The notes under the pieces were generated by a model. The model was not told the DNA's origin. It worked only from the letters and a program-made list of their open reading frames with translations, and made no database searches. Position numbers and translations under genes: made by a program. DNA of 64,000 bases from Camelus dromedarius (lineage: Eukaryota), in the NCBI RefSeq assembly GCF_036321535.1, contig NC_087472.1:103046001-103110000 (forward strand). Reading direction: 5' to 3'. Of the stretch, positions 24,233 to 39,735 are shown piece by piece. The first letter of the stretch is position 1. The number at the start of each line of letters is the position of its first letter.

Positions 24233-27200
24233 AAGAGCTGCTAGCTTTTGAATGTTATATGTGTGTATGCTTTCATGCTCTATATTCTGGGACTTCTTTT
24301 ACTCATTAGTATATGTGTGAGACTCACCCATGTTGAGGGGTGAAATTCTAATTCAATCATGGTCACTAATCTACTGTATTCCACTGCATGAATATATTAC
24401 CATTTATTTATTCATTATTCTGTCAGTGGACCATAGGGTTGTTTCCAGTTTACTGCTATTTTGAATAACGTTGTGGTGGCCATTTTTTATGTCTCCTGGT
24501 GCACACAGACCAGAGTTTCTTTAGAGAATAGCAGTAAGGCTATGGGATAGGTGCATCTTCACTTTTCTAGATGATGCCAAATTGTTTTCCAAAGAGGTTT
24601 ACCAATTTACATCCTAACCAGCAGAACATCAGTTCTCCATGCTGCATGTCTTCCACACTGGGTATTGTGAAAGCAAATAAAAATTATTTTCTCTTCTGAT
24701 AGTGGGCAAAGAGACCATTTTCCTACTCACCCCTTTTCTTAGAGTGTTTCCCAAAACGTAAGGACACAGTGAATCTGAGTCCTTACTCTAACCTTTGGAA
24801 TAGAGAGAAATCTCTCTAGGGATTGAGCCCAGGCTCCAGTTTTTACAACACAGTTATCTCCAAGGCCAGGACCAAATAGTCTTTAGATGTGTAAATATGC
24901 ATACCTCTGGAATTAGCTAAGGGCTCTCTCGAAGGGTGGGTAGGAGACCTTGGGAAGGCACAGTCCTTTGTCTCTCTGGGAGATAAGAGAAGTCATTGTT
25001 TTTTCTTCTGCTTTGCTTTATAAATTACGTGAGATTTTGTCCTAATCTTGTAGTCTTTTGGGTGGACTATCTGCGTTATGTGTTTTCTATCTCTTCTATA
25101 TCAGTACAGAGGAGGCCTTGCTGGCAGGATTGTTCTGTTTCTCCAATATAATTAAAATCCATAATTTAAATAATTTTTTAAATTTTGGAATAAATTTATA
25201 TTTGCGGAAAAACTGTAAAGCTAGCATAGATTCCCATGTATCCCTGATTTCCACCCATCAGAAATTTTTATTTAATTGAATATCTAGTATCTTGTATTGT
25301 TTGCATATCACACATATACATATACTATTAAACATTATATATTTGCTAATATGTATTTTTGTCTCTGTAAGAGTCTGGGGAAGGTGTTGCTCTAGGTTTC
25401 AATACTTACTATAAGAATTTAGCTATGAGAAGAAAGGCCCTAGCTGAATTTGGAGGCAGAGGTGGGAGAGGGCCAAATTGCTCCCCTAAGGCAATGGAAG
25501 GAATTTCTATTTGTCTCCTGAGAGGAAAAAAGCAGAGAAGAGAAAGAGGAGAGGTTGAGCTTAACAAGGACACAAGCCGATATGGAGCTGTAGAGGGGGC
25601 CAAGGAATTATTTTAAGAACCAGGATATCCAAAGTTAATTTTAAGTTTTGTCCATTGTAAAGCAGGGGTGCACAAAATACACATTTCAGCCACATGCCCA
25701 ATGGCCCAAGCCAAGGCAAGAACCAAATATTCTATCCTAGAATGAATGTTCATTCATAAAATTTTATTTTAATATATTAAAAGTTTAGTATCAAAAATTA
25801 TAGTAGTCACTTTTTAAAGTGTGACAGTTTAGTGCAGCTACAGAAACATCTTGGCTCAGACAGCTGCTGCACCACTCTCTCAGCTACTGCACCACCATTT
25901 GCAATTTTGTACCAAATGGATATTCACTTTCAAGTGAAGTCAGAATAGGTACACCATGTTTTTGGCTAGCACCGCCAGCATGGAGCTCTGCTCCTGGCGA
26001 GATGTCACCAATTTATTAAGTTTCTTCCCTAATAGTAACTGACCAAGGTCAAAATTTACCTCCTGGGGTCCAAGGTTAGGTGGATGGTGATGGTGCAATT
26101 TCACTGAAGCAGGCTCACCAACTAAGCTTTGCGCATGGTTTAAAGAAGATAATTTCTGAATATTTTCAGGAGCAGCCTTAAGATTGTTTTTCTTGCTCTG
26201 GTTTTTTATTTCTAATATGTGTGCAGTACTTACAATGCTCCACATGATCACAGCAGATAAATTTGTCCTCAAACCTTGGATCTGGAAATGTGGCATTGGA
26301 GCAAGTAATTGGCTTTCAAGATGACAAAACTATCTCTGAATTTCCACCTGCATCTCAGCTTTCATTGCATTCACACCAATTTCAGCATCTTCACTGGAGA
26401 AAAATGATAGAGGGATCTCTCCGGCAGGTCATGGAGAAAATATTTGCAGCTTCAAGGCACATCAGTCTGGTTAACTGCTTCAGTAGCTTTCAGCAAATAA
26501 ACTACCCTCTCTGCAAATAACCATTGGTTGCTAATAAGCCCTGCTATGTTGGTATTGTTATCTGCAAAGTACAAAATTAAGGTTGCTTTGTCCAAGTAAC
26601 ATTTTTTAAAAATACGTTATAGGTGCTTTTATGTCTTGTTTGGTCTGCAGTTTGGAAAGTATCTTGCACACTGTTAGGGAAGGAGTTCTTATTTACTAAA
26701 AGCAACAAGTTAAATTAATGCTTCCTCAACTTTAGTGATCTCCAGGGATTCTGATTTGGTAGTTTGGGCTAGGACCCAGAAATTCACATTTCTAACAAGC
26801 TACCATGAGGTGCAGCTGCTGGTGAGGGGCCCACACCTGGAACAGCTTTGAGTTATATCATGACCTTGTCCCCACCCACTATCTTCAGTTGTGGGACTTG
26901 TTTGCTGCAGGGGTGTCCTTTTGCTTTTCTTATTTTTCCAGTTTCTAAGCTTCTTTTCAGGGAAACCATTCAGTACTCTACTTTTTTAACAGCTTTGTTG
27001 AGATATAATTCATATACCATACATTTATCCATTTAAAGTGTGCAATCCAATGGTTTTTAGTATATCCACTTGAGTTATGCAACCATCACCATAATCTTAG
27101 AATATCTGCATCACCTCAAAAAGAAAGCTCTCACCCCCTACCTCCCCCCGGCACCTGGCAACCATGTATCTACCTAATGTCTCTATGAATTTGCCTATAC

Positions 27201-27578
27201 TAGATATTTTATAGAAATAGAACCATACAGCCACCCTCTGTGCTTAAGTGTTTTCTTGAAGGGATATGAGAACAGCAATATTTGTCACGACTGAACATGG
27301 TTAGAAAAACAACTCTGTCAGGTACCATTCTTTAAGAGACAAGGCTCTCAGGGATGATGTTCCTTCCTGAACAGGGTCAGTGGCGTTAGTGGTGAACATT
27401 ATTTGGATTTTAAAGGTTTACTATTTAGTGTTGTGGTGGGATCTACTTAACTTACATGGTCACCACTCCCACCTTCTTTCTTTTGGAGGCCTCGTCCCCA
27501 CTGCTCCAACTGTGTGGTTTTAATGTCACTGCTAGTCATAATCCTCTTCCCAGCTCCCATCCCCTCCCTCCTTAACCC

Positions 27579-27938
27579 ATGTTATAGACTGAATGTTTGT
27601 GTCCCGCCAAAATTCACACACTGAAACCTTAATGCCCAATATGAGGGCATTAGGAGGCGGGGCCTTTCAGAGGTGATTAAGTCATGAGGGTGGAGCCCTC
27701 ATGAATGGGATTAGGGCTCTGATAAAAGCAGACAGAGCTTGCTTTCTCTCTCTGCTCTGTGCCATGTAAGGGCACAGCAACAAGGTGGCCATCTGTAAAG
27801 CAGGAAGACAGCTCTCACCAGAACCTGGCTATGGTGGCACCCTCATCTTGGACCCCCCAGCCTCTAGAACTGCGAGAAATAAGTGCTGCTTAAGCCACCC
27901 AGTCTATAGTATTCTGTTCTAGCTGCTGGAGCTAAGAC
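27579..27938 (+). mobile_element. MLT1A-like (MaLR) solo LTR
   Basis: tgttatagactgaatgtttgtgtccc...gagccctcatgaatgggattag...taagccacccagtctatagtatt...gctaagac. Confidence 0.82.
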
Positions 27939-30900
27939 GACTCCATGCATAGCACAGGGTACGTGACCCAAGCTTGCTCTCTCAGAGGCCTTCCCTGGAC
28001 ATTTGTAAATCAGCCCTAAGGGAAGGGAAATGTGCTAGGAGGATGTGAGTCCTTGAGCTGCCATCAACCAGGGTTTCAACATCCTGGCTGAGATGGGGAG
28101 GGAGGCAGAGTCTTCAGGAGAGGGGATCCACATCTTGCCCCTCAGGTTCCCAGGGCCACCCTGATTCTCGCTTCCCCAAGACTTGGTTTATTGGTTCTGG
28201 CCTCTATTCTAGAAGTACAAAATGGACCTCAGGCAGGCCTGAAGGCTCAGACTCAGAAACTCGTCGTAAATTAACCTTTAATGTCCCCAGTCTCAGGGCA
28301 CACGAGAGATGTGCCTAATTCTTCTATCTTCTATCTTCTTATAACTTTGTCTCTACTTCTTATATCTGGTGAGCAGGCAAGCAGGTAGCCAGGTTCTCTC
28401 CAGTCTGATTGAAAGGAGCTAAGAGAGTAAAAAGACCCCAAGAGAAGGGAAGGGCAAAGTTCTCACTCTGTGCTCTCCATCCTTAAAGGGATCTCGGAGG
28501 AATTAGGATGCTAGCTGCATCTTCTGCTTTGTGAAGCTGTTGGGTGAAGCTAAGTTTCTGTATCTTTTGACATCAGAGAAAACATATTCCTTTAACTGTG
28601 TCTACAGGCATCTTTCTACCAATCACATCACTGTTGCACTGAGACAAACTGTGCTATGAATTATCCCAAGATCCTTCCAATAAATCTCTTTTTATCTAAA
28701 GTTCTTTTTGTTTGCTTTATCATCTGTTTTGAAAAGTTCCAACTATACAACTACTGATGCTAAGAAATTTAGTCATCATCCTGCTTATCTAAAGATAAGA
28801 AATTCACTATACTTTGGTGCAAAATATGACTATATATAACTGCCAAGCTGAATACTGCGCACTGGCTACCAACCCCAGAGGGGGGCTCCAAACACTTTTG
28901 TCCATTGCATGTTGGTATTGAAGTTGCCAAGGAAAACACAACACAGCCAAGAACTAGATGGAATGATACATTACTTACATAGAGAGGGGACAGAGCAAGA
29001 TCAGCTTCATAGTGGGTGCTGGTCTCTTATGGCCAGCAGGTCCCGAGGGCAGCCAACACAGGGCATTTGGCCTATGCACACCCTTCTTGTGCTGTAGCAG
29101 AGTGACCCTGGCGCCCCCACTGCAGAGTCTAAAGTACTGAAAGCTGGTGCATGCCTGTGGGCTGTTGACATACACACGTAAGCAGTATGAAGGAACACTC
29201 ACTGCGCAGGAAACAGGAAAAGACAGTCCACACAAGGCAGAAAGCCTGCTGCAGGCTGTGTGGGCTCTATATGTCTTGATAAGGAAGTGTTCCAGGCCCA
29301 AGGCCCTTTCTTATTTGGCCGAGCAGGGGTCCAAAGATTGCCTTTTGACCCTGCCTTTCCCAACAATGACCAAATCCACTTGGAAACTTTGACTTGCAAG
29401 ATACAGAAACCCCAACGCAAACAGAATTGGTTCACGTAACTGATGAAGTCCAGTAGTCAAAGTCTCAGCTCTTGTGACTCCTTCCTATTTACTTGTGACT
29501 CTTCCCTATTCAATACTGTCACCATGTTAAGACTAGCATTCTTTATGGAAGCAAAATGGGTGCAGGCTTTGTGTCTCCTGACGTTAAACTCTACCCTACT
29601 TGGACAAACTCAGCATTCCTGAAACAAAGAGGGAGGGATTAAGGCTGCCACTTGTTGGGAGAGACGATCTCTAAGTTTGCTATGTTGATCTGGGCTCTGT
29701 TTTGACTTAGTTTAGTTTGATAATGGTTGAACTTCAATGGTGTACCAGGTACTCTCAATGAATAAACACAGTCCTGCCCCAAAGAAATTCACAGTCTTCT
29801 AATCAACACACAGTTACTCTGAATATAAGATCCAATGCTTATTTAAAGGTCACCCAAGAAGCCCAGAAGAGAGTACTTAGCCTAATCCAAAGTGTTGTAA
29901 AGCCTTCCTAGTAAACATTTTACCTGAGCTTTGAAGGTATTTCCACTTGGGATTTCAACTCCATACAGACACTCCATGAGGGCAAGGCCTGATGCCATAG
30001 TATCCACTTATCTCAGCAGAAACTAGTTCTCACACCATCCTAAGTCTGTTCCAGAAGCCTCTGCATAATTGTATTTAAGCTAGTTAGTGGTTTTCTGGTT
30101 TCCATTTTCAGCCAGTTGTTTGTTCTCTTGGTATATCCTCTTTCCTTAACTCCTGACATTGTAATAATCCAATCCTGCCCTCCTCCATTTGTTCTAACAG
30201 CTCTCCACCTACATGTGAAAACTTAATTTTCATTTCCCAATGTATGGAGACACAGAAGTACTTTTCAGAGCAAGTCCAACAGTACTAGGAAGGTGAGAAC
30301 TGACATTTACCAAGCACCAACTATGTATCAGGCACAAGAGTAGGCTTTTTTGCAGCCATTTAATTCTCAAAGAAGTCTGTGAGATAGATACAGTATCCCT
30401 GTTTTACAAATGAGGAAACCGAGCCCCAGAGAAGATCTGTTACTCACAGAATGCTATACAGCTGCTTACTGGAATGGCAGAAGTCTCCACCCAAGGCTAC
30501 CTGATTTCAAAGTTTTTCCCAAGCTATGTTCTCTTCATTACCCAGTAATTTCAATTTTGGCTGCAATAAAAAATCACCTGCAGAGTTAAGACATACACAT
30601 ATACACATGTTCCAAGTCCTTGGCCCCATGCCTTACCCTTATTTTAAATGGAGGTGAGACCTGGACATCAGTATTTTCCTTCAGAGCTCCTTGGATGATT
30701 CTAATGAAAACCCAGGGTTTGAACAAATTGTACCAGAATGTGCTGCCTCCCAAATCATATCAATAAATTTCATCAAACATAGCAGAGGCTGGACAGCACT
30801 TCAATCTCAACATCTAAAAATAGCTAATAGTGGCACCAATATATAGTTTTAAAGGGAACTCAGGGTAATTTCACCTAGGATGGTTCACCCATGCAAAGTG

Positions 30901-30949
30901 ATTATGATAGGCCTGGGACTAAGACAGACAGCACAAATCAGATCCTGGA

Positions 30950-31499
30950 AGCCTGCTCTTGACTTTGCTTCTGAGCCTGTGTATGATGGTTGCCTTCTCA
31001 GCACAGACCGCAAATGCCCTGCCCCACGAGCCCTTGGCCTGGCCTGGGTTCACCTGCAGCTGCTGAGGAAGACAGTCTTGTACCTGCTGACAGCTCCTCA
31101 CCTCAAGCAGCCACCTGTGTCTCTCTCCACCTCTGCCCGAGGGCTTCACTAGCACCTTCAGGGCTAGCTCAGTCTGTGCACAGGGTGTCTAGGAAGTGCC
31201 AGGGATTTATCATCCCCTGGGGCAGCCTTTAACTGATGAGGGAGAGAAGCCTGTGGCTAAATACGTCCACTTCCCCATCCTCAGCAGAAGGTTCGGAGAC
31301 TGCTCAGTTCCCTTGAGCTTCATTTGTGCACAGTTATAACTACTTATAACTCACCCTTTTCGGGTGAGTTCCTCCATCAATTGTGTAAAGGTCCCCACTT
31401 CCTCACTTATGCTCCCTAGGATCACTCCCTCCCCCCAGTTTACTCCCTGCACCAGAATCCTAGTTTCAGGATTTGCTTTGGGGGAACCAGACTAGAACC
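30950..31499 (+). mobile_element. LTR16-like (ERVL) solo LTR, boundaries approximate
   Basis: ...cccctggggcagcctttaactgatga...tgctccctaggatcac...ttcaggatttgctttgggggaaccagactag 3' end. Confidence 0.55.
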
Positions 31500-34400
31500 A
31501 CCTCCAGGCACCTCATTTTAGCCTCAGATGTAAATAAGCATTAGGCCAACAACGATACTAATTTATATATGAATACTACTTTATAGCCTACAAAGAGCTT
31601 TCACAAACACTGTCATGTTGATCTAACTAAATGTTAGAACATTTCCTAACACCATTACGGGGCTGGGGGGGGGGGGGCAGTGAATATAATTCTGTTTAAT
31701 TTCTTGAGAGAAAACTATACTATTATCATAATAAAGACAGACAGATTAATTTTTCCCTATGCACGCACTCTGCTGACACTGTTTGACTCTGTTAGTGGGT
31801 TCTTCACAAGAAAAATGGCCAATTCAAGCAAATATTAGAAATAATTCTATTGTTTTATATAGCAGATGTTCAAGCAATTAGTGCAACAATGTCAGGTTTT
31901 TTTTTTTTTGAACTTTGATTATGACTAGTCATTCATGCTTCATTATGTAAAATTATATGTTAAAAATGTGTGTTATGGGAACATTTTTCAGTGAGATAAA
32001 TACAATTTAACATGGGTCACAGACTAGGGATAACAGAGAAATTTTTCCTGTCCTCCTATAAGTTAAACGAAAATGAGATATAAAGGGGGAGATCATTGGG
32101 GTTGCACATAAAAAGTAATATACCTTTGCCATTTCTTTGCAACATAAAAAGGTTCTGTTGGGTATTATAGCTTATAGCAGTCTTCGCTATAGAAAATTTT
32201 AAATAAAATTGGCTGGCTCAAGGAAAGGATATTATTATTTTGAGAATAAGAATGAGCAAAAATGCACAGCTCTCTCTCTGAGTCTAAATCCCTAATGAAA
32301 TGGATAATCTTGCAGCAGAAGAATTCAATTTAAGCTATTATTGTCCCATCTGTGCTGAGTCAGGGCTGGCCACCTTGCACTTTCCTTCACAGAAAGTAGG
32401 GCTCCTTTTTAGTAGAATTGCAATTTTTTCTCTACAGTTTGGACCTTTTTACTGCTGGTTGGATTTTAAGGAATTTTAAAGCATGTCCTTAAAAACAAGA
32501 TTAGAAGTTTTAAGTTTATATGAGAGGTACTACATTAACCATTTAGGTAAGGTTCTTTTAGTTTTATTTTTATTTACTTTTACTTTTAGGTTTATATTTA
32601 CTTTTCAAGAAAATCTAGACGAGCTTAAAAAATGTCTAAGCTCTAATATCCACAAATGAAGCCATGAACTGCCAGAGGTTTTTCTCTTAATCCATTGGCC
32701 TCAGAGCTGGATTTGCTAGTCACTGCATATTTGACTGCCTCAGTATAGTCATAGTTCCTAAAATACATAAACAATTTCTGTTTTAGCCATCAATATCTAC
32801 CAGAACGCTCCGTGTAGGAAAGGGGAGACCAGTAGGTTGGGCTCAGTCTGTAGTCTAACATTTTTGTTCTTGATAATAATAATATAGAGATATTCACAAA
32901 TTAATTAAAACAGTAATAGTGTTCCAGATCATGACACTAATTATTGCTGCAGGCTTAGGATAGACTGTAAAATAGTAAAATGTAAAAAAAAATGTATATA
33001 TTCACCTGTATTCCTGTGCTAAATTAATATGACATTATCTTGGAGAAGTGGGAAGATGTAATGCTCTTTCAACATTTTTATTTGGGGCTTTTCATCTTTA
33101 CCAATGGCTTTTGGATTGTAGATGGAAATCAGTTTTTTGGAAAAACTCAAAATGCATTCACATCTTCTTTGAGGCAGATTTTTATCTAAAAGAGGTGATT
33201 TTTTGTTACCAGCATTTCAAAAACGTTTGTTTCTTGGGATGATTGCCTTCATCTCTGCTTATTTCTTTAACTTATCAAATACTAACATTCTAGTCTGCAA
33301 GTAACTTCAAGAGAAAAAAAAGTGTTTGAAATGGATTATACTGAGTTTAACAGACTGACTGCAATTTTGGTGTTTCCTACCTGAGGACTGTTTAGGACTC
33401 AGTTTAGTTGTTTTAGAATCATCCAATAGCCCCATACTGACTTGAATCTTATGTGTGTTGCTCAGGAAGATGTCATCTTATCCAGATAAGGTATTTACAT
33501 TTTACTCTGGGTTTTGGAACAATTCCTCTTTTTCTCTTTGCTAGGGTAGACATATTTTTGGTATATGAATCTGTGGTTCTGAAAAGTTTCAAGTAATCAA
33601 TTAAGTTCAAACACTACCACATAACACAGAATACTTGTTTGTGTTATCAAACAGCAAATATTACTTTAAAAATCATGCTTGCTGTAACATTCAGATGAGT
33701 TTTCTTTCAACACTTGGAAATTATAATATTCCTGGATGTTTTATTTATCAGCTCCCTTTATCCTACTGCTGTTTGCATGTTGATGGAACAGTGCAAAACA
33801 AAAGATTTCAGTTTAAATCAGGTGAATGTTATAAATGGTGGTGCCTGGAACTGGACAGGGGGCATGGATATTCCTACATCACTTTATGCAGATTTCTTCT
33901 AGGTCTGGCTAAGAGTTAGGTCCTTTGATATCAGCTAAATCTGTCAAAATTAAGTCAGTTGTGAAAATTCAAGCCTTAGGAGGCATTCTTCATCTGAAAA
34001 GCTGTAAGTATTATGCCCAGGCCCCCAGGAGAAAATCTGGTGAACAAGGCTTTGCAAGAGCAGATTTGAATTTTCTAATGTATGTTTCCCAGTTGGAAAC
34101 AAATCACTTTTATTACCTTTTTCTTATTTTTCATCTGCAATTTGTGGACTCATAAATATTATACATAGTTAAAAATTGAATGGAATTCTATGATTTACTT
34201 TTTCATAAATTTTTTAGAAACTAATTGGCTTGTTCTTTGGTGCTCTCATAATATTGAAGACGAAAAATATTATATAAGTATTTTGATGGATTTTGAGGTT
34301 TTAAAAAATTGATGGTGTGGAAGTTGACTCTGGAATAATACAGTTTCTGATTTGCTTTCTAAATTGTATTTTTCCCACCCTCCTCCCACCCTCATGTATA

Positions 34401-36600
34401 TACTCTGTTCACTAACTGCATTATGTATGGCACCTGGAGGGGAAGGTTCTCTGTGAAAGCTGCTCCCAAGAGTGGAGAAGAGATATCAGTACATCAAGCA
34501 AAATGTTTGGTAACCAGTGGTTTTTGAGTTTGCTGATTTAGAAGGACATGTATTATTGAAATTTAAACGCTGATCTCTTATGGGACATTGGAAATAAATC
34601 TGGACACTTTTAGCATATTCTTTGCTAAGCTTCTTGGGTAGCCTCTGGGTTCTTGTTAAGAGCTATTTTCATGTTGATTTTTTTCTTAAGCAGACTTTTA
34701 TTCTCTCTAGCTTTTGTTATTCTTTGAAGGAAAAACTAAATCCTTAAATTTAATCTTGGGTTAAAATATATACATTAATGTGTTAACTGGCCTAGAAAAA
34801 TGTCTGAGTTTTTTCCACAGGTGACCCATCTCACCCACTGATGTTATTTGCAAAAAAAAAAAAAAAAAAAAAGATAAAAAAAAAAAATCACAAATAAACA
34901 TCTGGTAACATCTATTCATCTTTCTGGCTTGTTTCAACCATTCAAAATCCTAATTCTAAATTGAGTATCCCTTCCACTTGGGTGTCATCTGAAAATCTGA
35001 TCAGTTTGCCATCTCAAAAGAGACAGATGGTCTGCTGGACGGGCCTGTGCCTTCCATCAGGGAGCCTGGCGACAGGATGTCTCATAGGAAGGACTTCAAG
35101 GTATTCAGCTGAGAAGCATGGGTGCTGAGTGCAAATTCTAGGTGCCTTACATCCTACATAAGGATGATCTTCACTTTGACAAGGCCATTCCACTGACTAT
35201 TAACCCGAGTCCTCTTAATTCCTGATGACAGGCGCCTGCTCCAGTGCGTCCTGCCCCTTTCAGCTTCTCCAGAAGTATAGAGGAGCAGAGTCCTTCTCCT
35301 GAAGCTATCCTTGGTGCTTCCAACTGTGCCCTGCTTGCAAACATTTCCTATGGAAAGAGAAGTGCTGGGAGAGGGGCACATGTAATATGAGTATGAACAT
35401 TGTCTGTCATACATTTCATTGGTTCTCCTCTAAGTTTCAATAAGCCTGCCTTATGCAGGCATCTCTGCATATGTACTCTGTGTAGTATTTGTCCCTGTCC
35501 TGGATTTAATAGCTGGCACTCAATGTGGGCTAATACCACTTGACCTAATGCTATGGTCTTGTGGAAAGACAGAAGGGTTCACCTGACAGTGGGATACATC
35601 TTCCCTGTGGTTGCTGGTAAGTCATCTGGCTGAGCTGGGATGGCCAGTGACTAGGTGGTCACAAGGCTTATGCCTAAAGACTGCAGAAGCCCTGGAGCAG
35701 GGTATCTGTAGTGAAGGGAAAACATGGAATGATAAAGCTGCTCATAATCCCATCCCCTCATTCCTTCTCACCAGTTTGGCGATCCTTTCAAGCCCTAAAG
35801 ATGACAAGCAATGTGTAGTAGGCAGAATAATGGACCCCTGAAGATGTCCATGACCTAATCCCCAGAACCTGTAAATACTGTTACATGGCAAAGAGGAATT
35901 AAGGTTGCTGATGAGCTTTAAGCTTAGGATAGGGTTAGTATAGGATTAAGATACAGAGATTATCCTGAATTACTGGAGGAGCCTAATGAATCACAAAGAT
36001 CCTTAAAAGTGGAAGAAAGAGGCAGAAGAGTCAGAGTCAAGCAGCACTGGAAAACCACACAGCTGCGGGAGGAGTATGTGCCGAGGCTAATAAAACCACT
36101 CCTGCTGCATCTGGTCACCACCCCAGGCCAACTCAAGCAATCCCTTGGTGGCCTGGGAAAGCAGGCAAGTAGCTTCTGATCAGGTCTTTGGATGTGTCTC
36201 GGCACTCCTTACCCACACGTGCACTGAGAGATCTGCAGAGCTGCATGATTGGCTCTGTGTTACTTTCTGGAGTATGCCCATTAACACAATGTCTTCTCTG
36301 ACCTCCGACTAACTGCAAAAACTCTACTTAAGGCCCAGTTAACTTCTTCCTTGAAAAGCAGCTTAGGTTGAATTAGCCCTGCGAGGAAGGTCTGCAAGCT
36401 CTGAAGACCTGAAGGCTGAATGGGTGCTGGGAAGCAAACTCCTGGGGGGGGTTTCAGATAGGAGGATGTTCTTCTCACCAGGAGGGCCTTCCTCTGACAG
36501 AACGTCCAAGGCCTTCTGGGTCCCACTATTACATGATAGATTGGGTGCTCCCTGCCCCTTCCAGCTTCTCCATGAATATGTGGAGTAACAGCAGGACAGG

Positions 36601-39600
36601 GTCTCTAAAACTATAAAACTCTTAGAGGAAAAGCTAGGGGAAAATCATTACTTTGGATTTGGAAATGGATTCTTAGACATTACACCAAAAGGACAAGCAA
36701 AAAAAGAAAAAAATAGACATACTAGACTTCATCAAAATTAAAAACTTTTGTGAATTAATAGACACTATCAAGAAAGTGAAAAACCAACTATAGAGTGGGA
36801 GAAAATATTTTCAAATCATTTATCTGATAAAGGTCTAATATTTAGAATATACAAAGAACTCTTACAACCCAATAATGAAAAGACAAACAAACCAGTTTAA
36901 AATGTGCAAAGAACTATTCAAGTCCATTCAGACTTTTCTCCAAAGAAGATGCAGAAATGGCCAACAAGCACATGAAAAGATGCTCATCATTAATCATTAG
37001 GGAGTTGCAAATCAAAACCACAATGAGTGCCATTTCACATCCACTAGGATAACTAATTTTTTTAAAATTTACTGACATACAGTCTGTTTACAATGTTGTG
37101 TCAGTTTCTGGTGTACAGCATAATGTTTCAGTCATACATATACATACATATATTCCTTTTCATATTCTTTTTCATTATAGATTACAAGATGAATATAGTT
37201 CTCTGTACTATACAGTGTAAACTTGTTGTTTATCTATTTTATATATAGCAGTTAGTATCAGCAAATCTCAAAGTCCCAATTTATCCCTTCCCACCCCCTT
37301 TACCCACTGGTAACCATAAGTTTGTTTTCTATGTCTGTGAGTCTGTTTCTGTTCTGTAAATAAGTTCATTTGTATCATTTTTTTTTTAGATTCCACATAT
37401 AAATGATACCATGTGGTATTTTTCTTTCTCTTTCTGGCTTACTTCACTTAGAATGATGATCTCTAGGTCCATCCATGTTGCTGCAAATGGCATTATTTTA
37501 TTATTTTTATGTCTGAGTAGTATTCCATTGTATAAATATACCACAGCTTCTTTATCTAGTCACCTGTTGATGGACATTTATGTTGTTTCCATGTCTTGGC
37601 TACTGTAAATACTGCTGTTATGAACATTGGGGTGCATGTACCTTTTTGAATTGGAGCTTCCTCCAGATATATGCCCAGGAGTGGGATTGCTGGATCATAT
37701 GGTAAGTCTATTTTTAGTTTTTTGAGGAATCTCCATAATGGCTGCACCAAACTACATTCCCACCAACAGTGTAGGAGCGTTCCCTTTCCTCCACAGCCTC
37801 TCCAGCATTTACCGTTTGTGGACTTTTTATTGACAGTCATTCTGATTGGTGTGAAGTGATACCTCATTGTAGTTTTGATTTGCATTTCTCTGATAATTAG
37901 CAATGTTGAGCATTTTTTCATGTACCTACTGGCCATTTGTATGTCTTCATTGGAGAATTGTTTGTTTAGGTCTTCTGCCCATTTTGGGATTGGGTTGTTT
38001 GCTTGTTTGTTATTAAGTTGTATGAGCTGTTTGTATATTCTGGAAATTAAGCCCTTGTCAGTAATATCATTTGCAAATATTTTCTCCCATTCTGTTGGTT
38101 GTCATTTTGTTTTGCTTATGCTGTTCAAAAGCTTGTAAGTTTAATTAGGTCCCATTTGTTTATTTTTGCTTTTATTTCTATTGCCTGGGTAGACTGTCCT
38201 AGGAGAACACTGCTAAGATTTATGTCAGAGAATGTTTTGCCTATGTTTTCTTCTAGGAGGTTTACAGTGTCTTGTCTTACATTTAAGTCTTTAAGCCATT
38301 TTGAGTTGATTTTTGTGTATGGTGTGAGGGAGTGTTCTAACTTCATTGATTTACATGTGGCTGTCCAGCTTTCCCAATACCACTTCTGAAGAGACCGCCT
38401 TTTCTTCATTGTGTATTCTTGCCTCCTTTGTCAAAAATTAATTGATTGTAGGTCTGTGGGTTTATTTCTGGGTTCTCTATTCTGTTCCATTGATTCACGT
38501 CTATTATTGTCCCAATACCATGCTGTTTTGATTACTGTAGCTCTGTAGTATTGTCTGAAGTCTGGGAGGGTTATTCCTCGAGCTTTGTTCTTTTTTTTCA
38601 GTATTGCTTTGGCAATTCTGGATCTTTTGTGATTCCATATAAATTTTAGGATTATTTGTTCAAGTTCTGTGAAAAATGTTCTGGGTAATTTGACAGGGAT
38701 TACATTAAATCTGTAGATTGCTTTGGGTAGTATGGCCATTTTAACAGTATTAATTCTTCCAATCCAAGAGCATGGGATATCTTTCCATTTCTTTAAATCA
38801 TCTTTAACTTCCTTAATCAATGTTTTGTAGTTCTCCATGTATAAGTCTTTCAGGTCAGGTTTATTCCTAAGTTTTTTTTTTTTTTTTTTTTTTGGATGTG
38901 ATTTTAAAAGGGATGGTTTGTTTATTTTCCTTTTCAGATATTTCATTGTTAGTGTAAAGAAATGCAACTGATTTCTGTATGTTAATCTTGTATCCTGCTA
39001 CCTTGTTGAACAGAATAACTAATTTTTTTTTTTAAAGCAAAAACCAGAAAATAACAAGTGCTGGTGAAGACATGGAGAAGTTGGAATCCTCATACATTGC
39101 TGGGGGAATGTAAAATCGTGCATCTACTGGGGAAAACAGTTCAGTAGTTCCTCAAAAGGTTAAACACACAATTACCATATGGCCCAGTAATTCCACTCCT
39201 AGGTATATACCCAGAAGAATTAAGAACAGGTGTTCAAACAAAAATTGCCCACAAATGTTCATAGCAGTACTATTCACAATAGCCAAAAGGTAGAAACAAA
39301 TCAAACTTCTATCAACTGATGAATGGATGAACAAAATCTGGTATATCCATATAATGGAATATTATTCAGCTATAGAAAGGAATGAAGTACTGATACAGGC
39401 TACAACATGGATGAACTTTGAAAACATTATGCTAGGTGAAAGAAGCCATACAAAAAAGGTCACATATTATATGATTCCATTTATGTGAAATAACTAGAAT
39501 AAGCAAATCCATAGACCCAGAAAGCAGATTAGTGATTACCTGGGAATGGGGGTTGGGGAGAATGGAGAATGAGACTGGGGGCTTCCTTTTGGGGTGATGG

Positions 39601-39735
39601 AAAAGTTATGGAACTAGATAGTGGTAATAGTTGCACAACATTGTGAATGTACTTAATACCTCTGAATTGTATACTTCAAAATGGTTAAAATGGCAATTTT
39701 TACATTATGTGCATTTTTTCACCACAATTAAAAAA
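36601..39735 (+). mobile_element. Older L1 (L1MA/MB-like) 3' part, split by a nested antisense L1
   Basis: L1 ORF2 C-terminal sequence at 36601-37050 resumes at ~39030 and runs to a 3' UTR/A tail at ~39735. Confidence 0.85.
37064..39011 (-). mobile_element. Younger L1 fragment (ORF2 C-terminus plus 3' UTR), antisense, nested
   Basis: Minus-strand ORF2 peptides ([38 protein letters not shown]). TSD ag[g/a]ataactaattttt at ~37046 and ~39012. Confidence 0.92.

Noticed and set aside
25940..26520. Non-repetitive-looking ORFs (118 aa minus, 85 aa plus)
   Set aside because: No recognisable family. They could be unique non-coding DNA, which cannot be supported without alignment.
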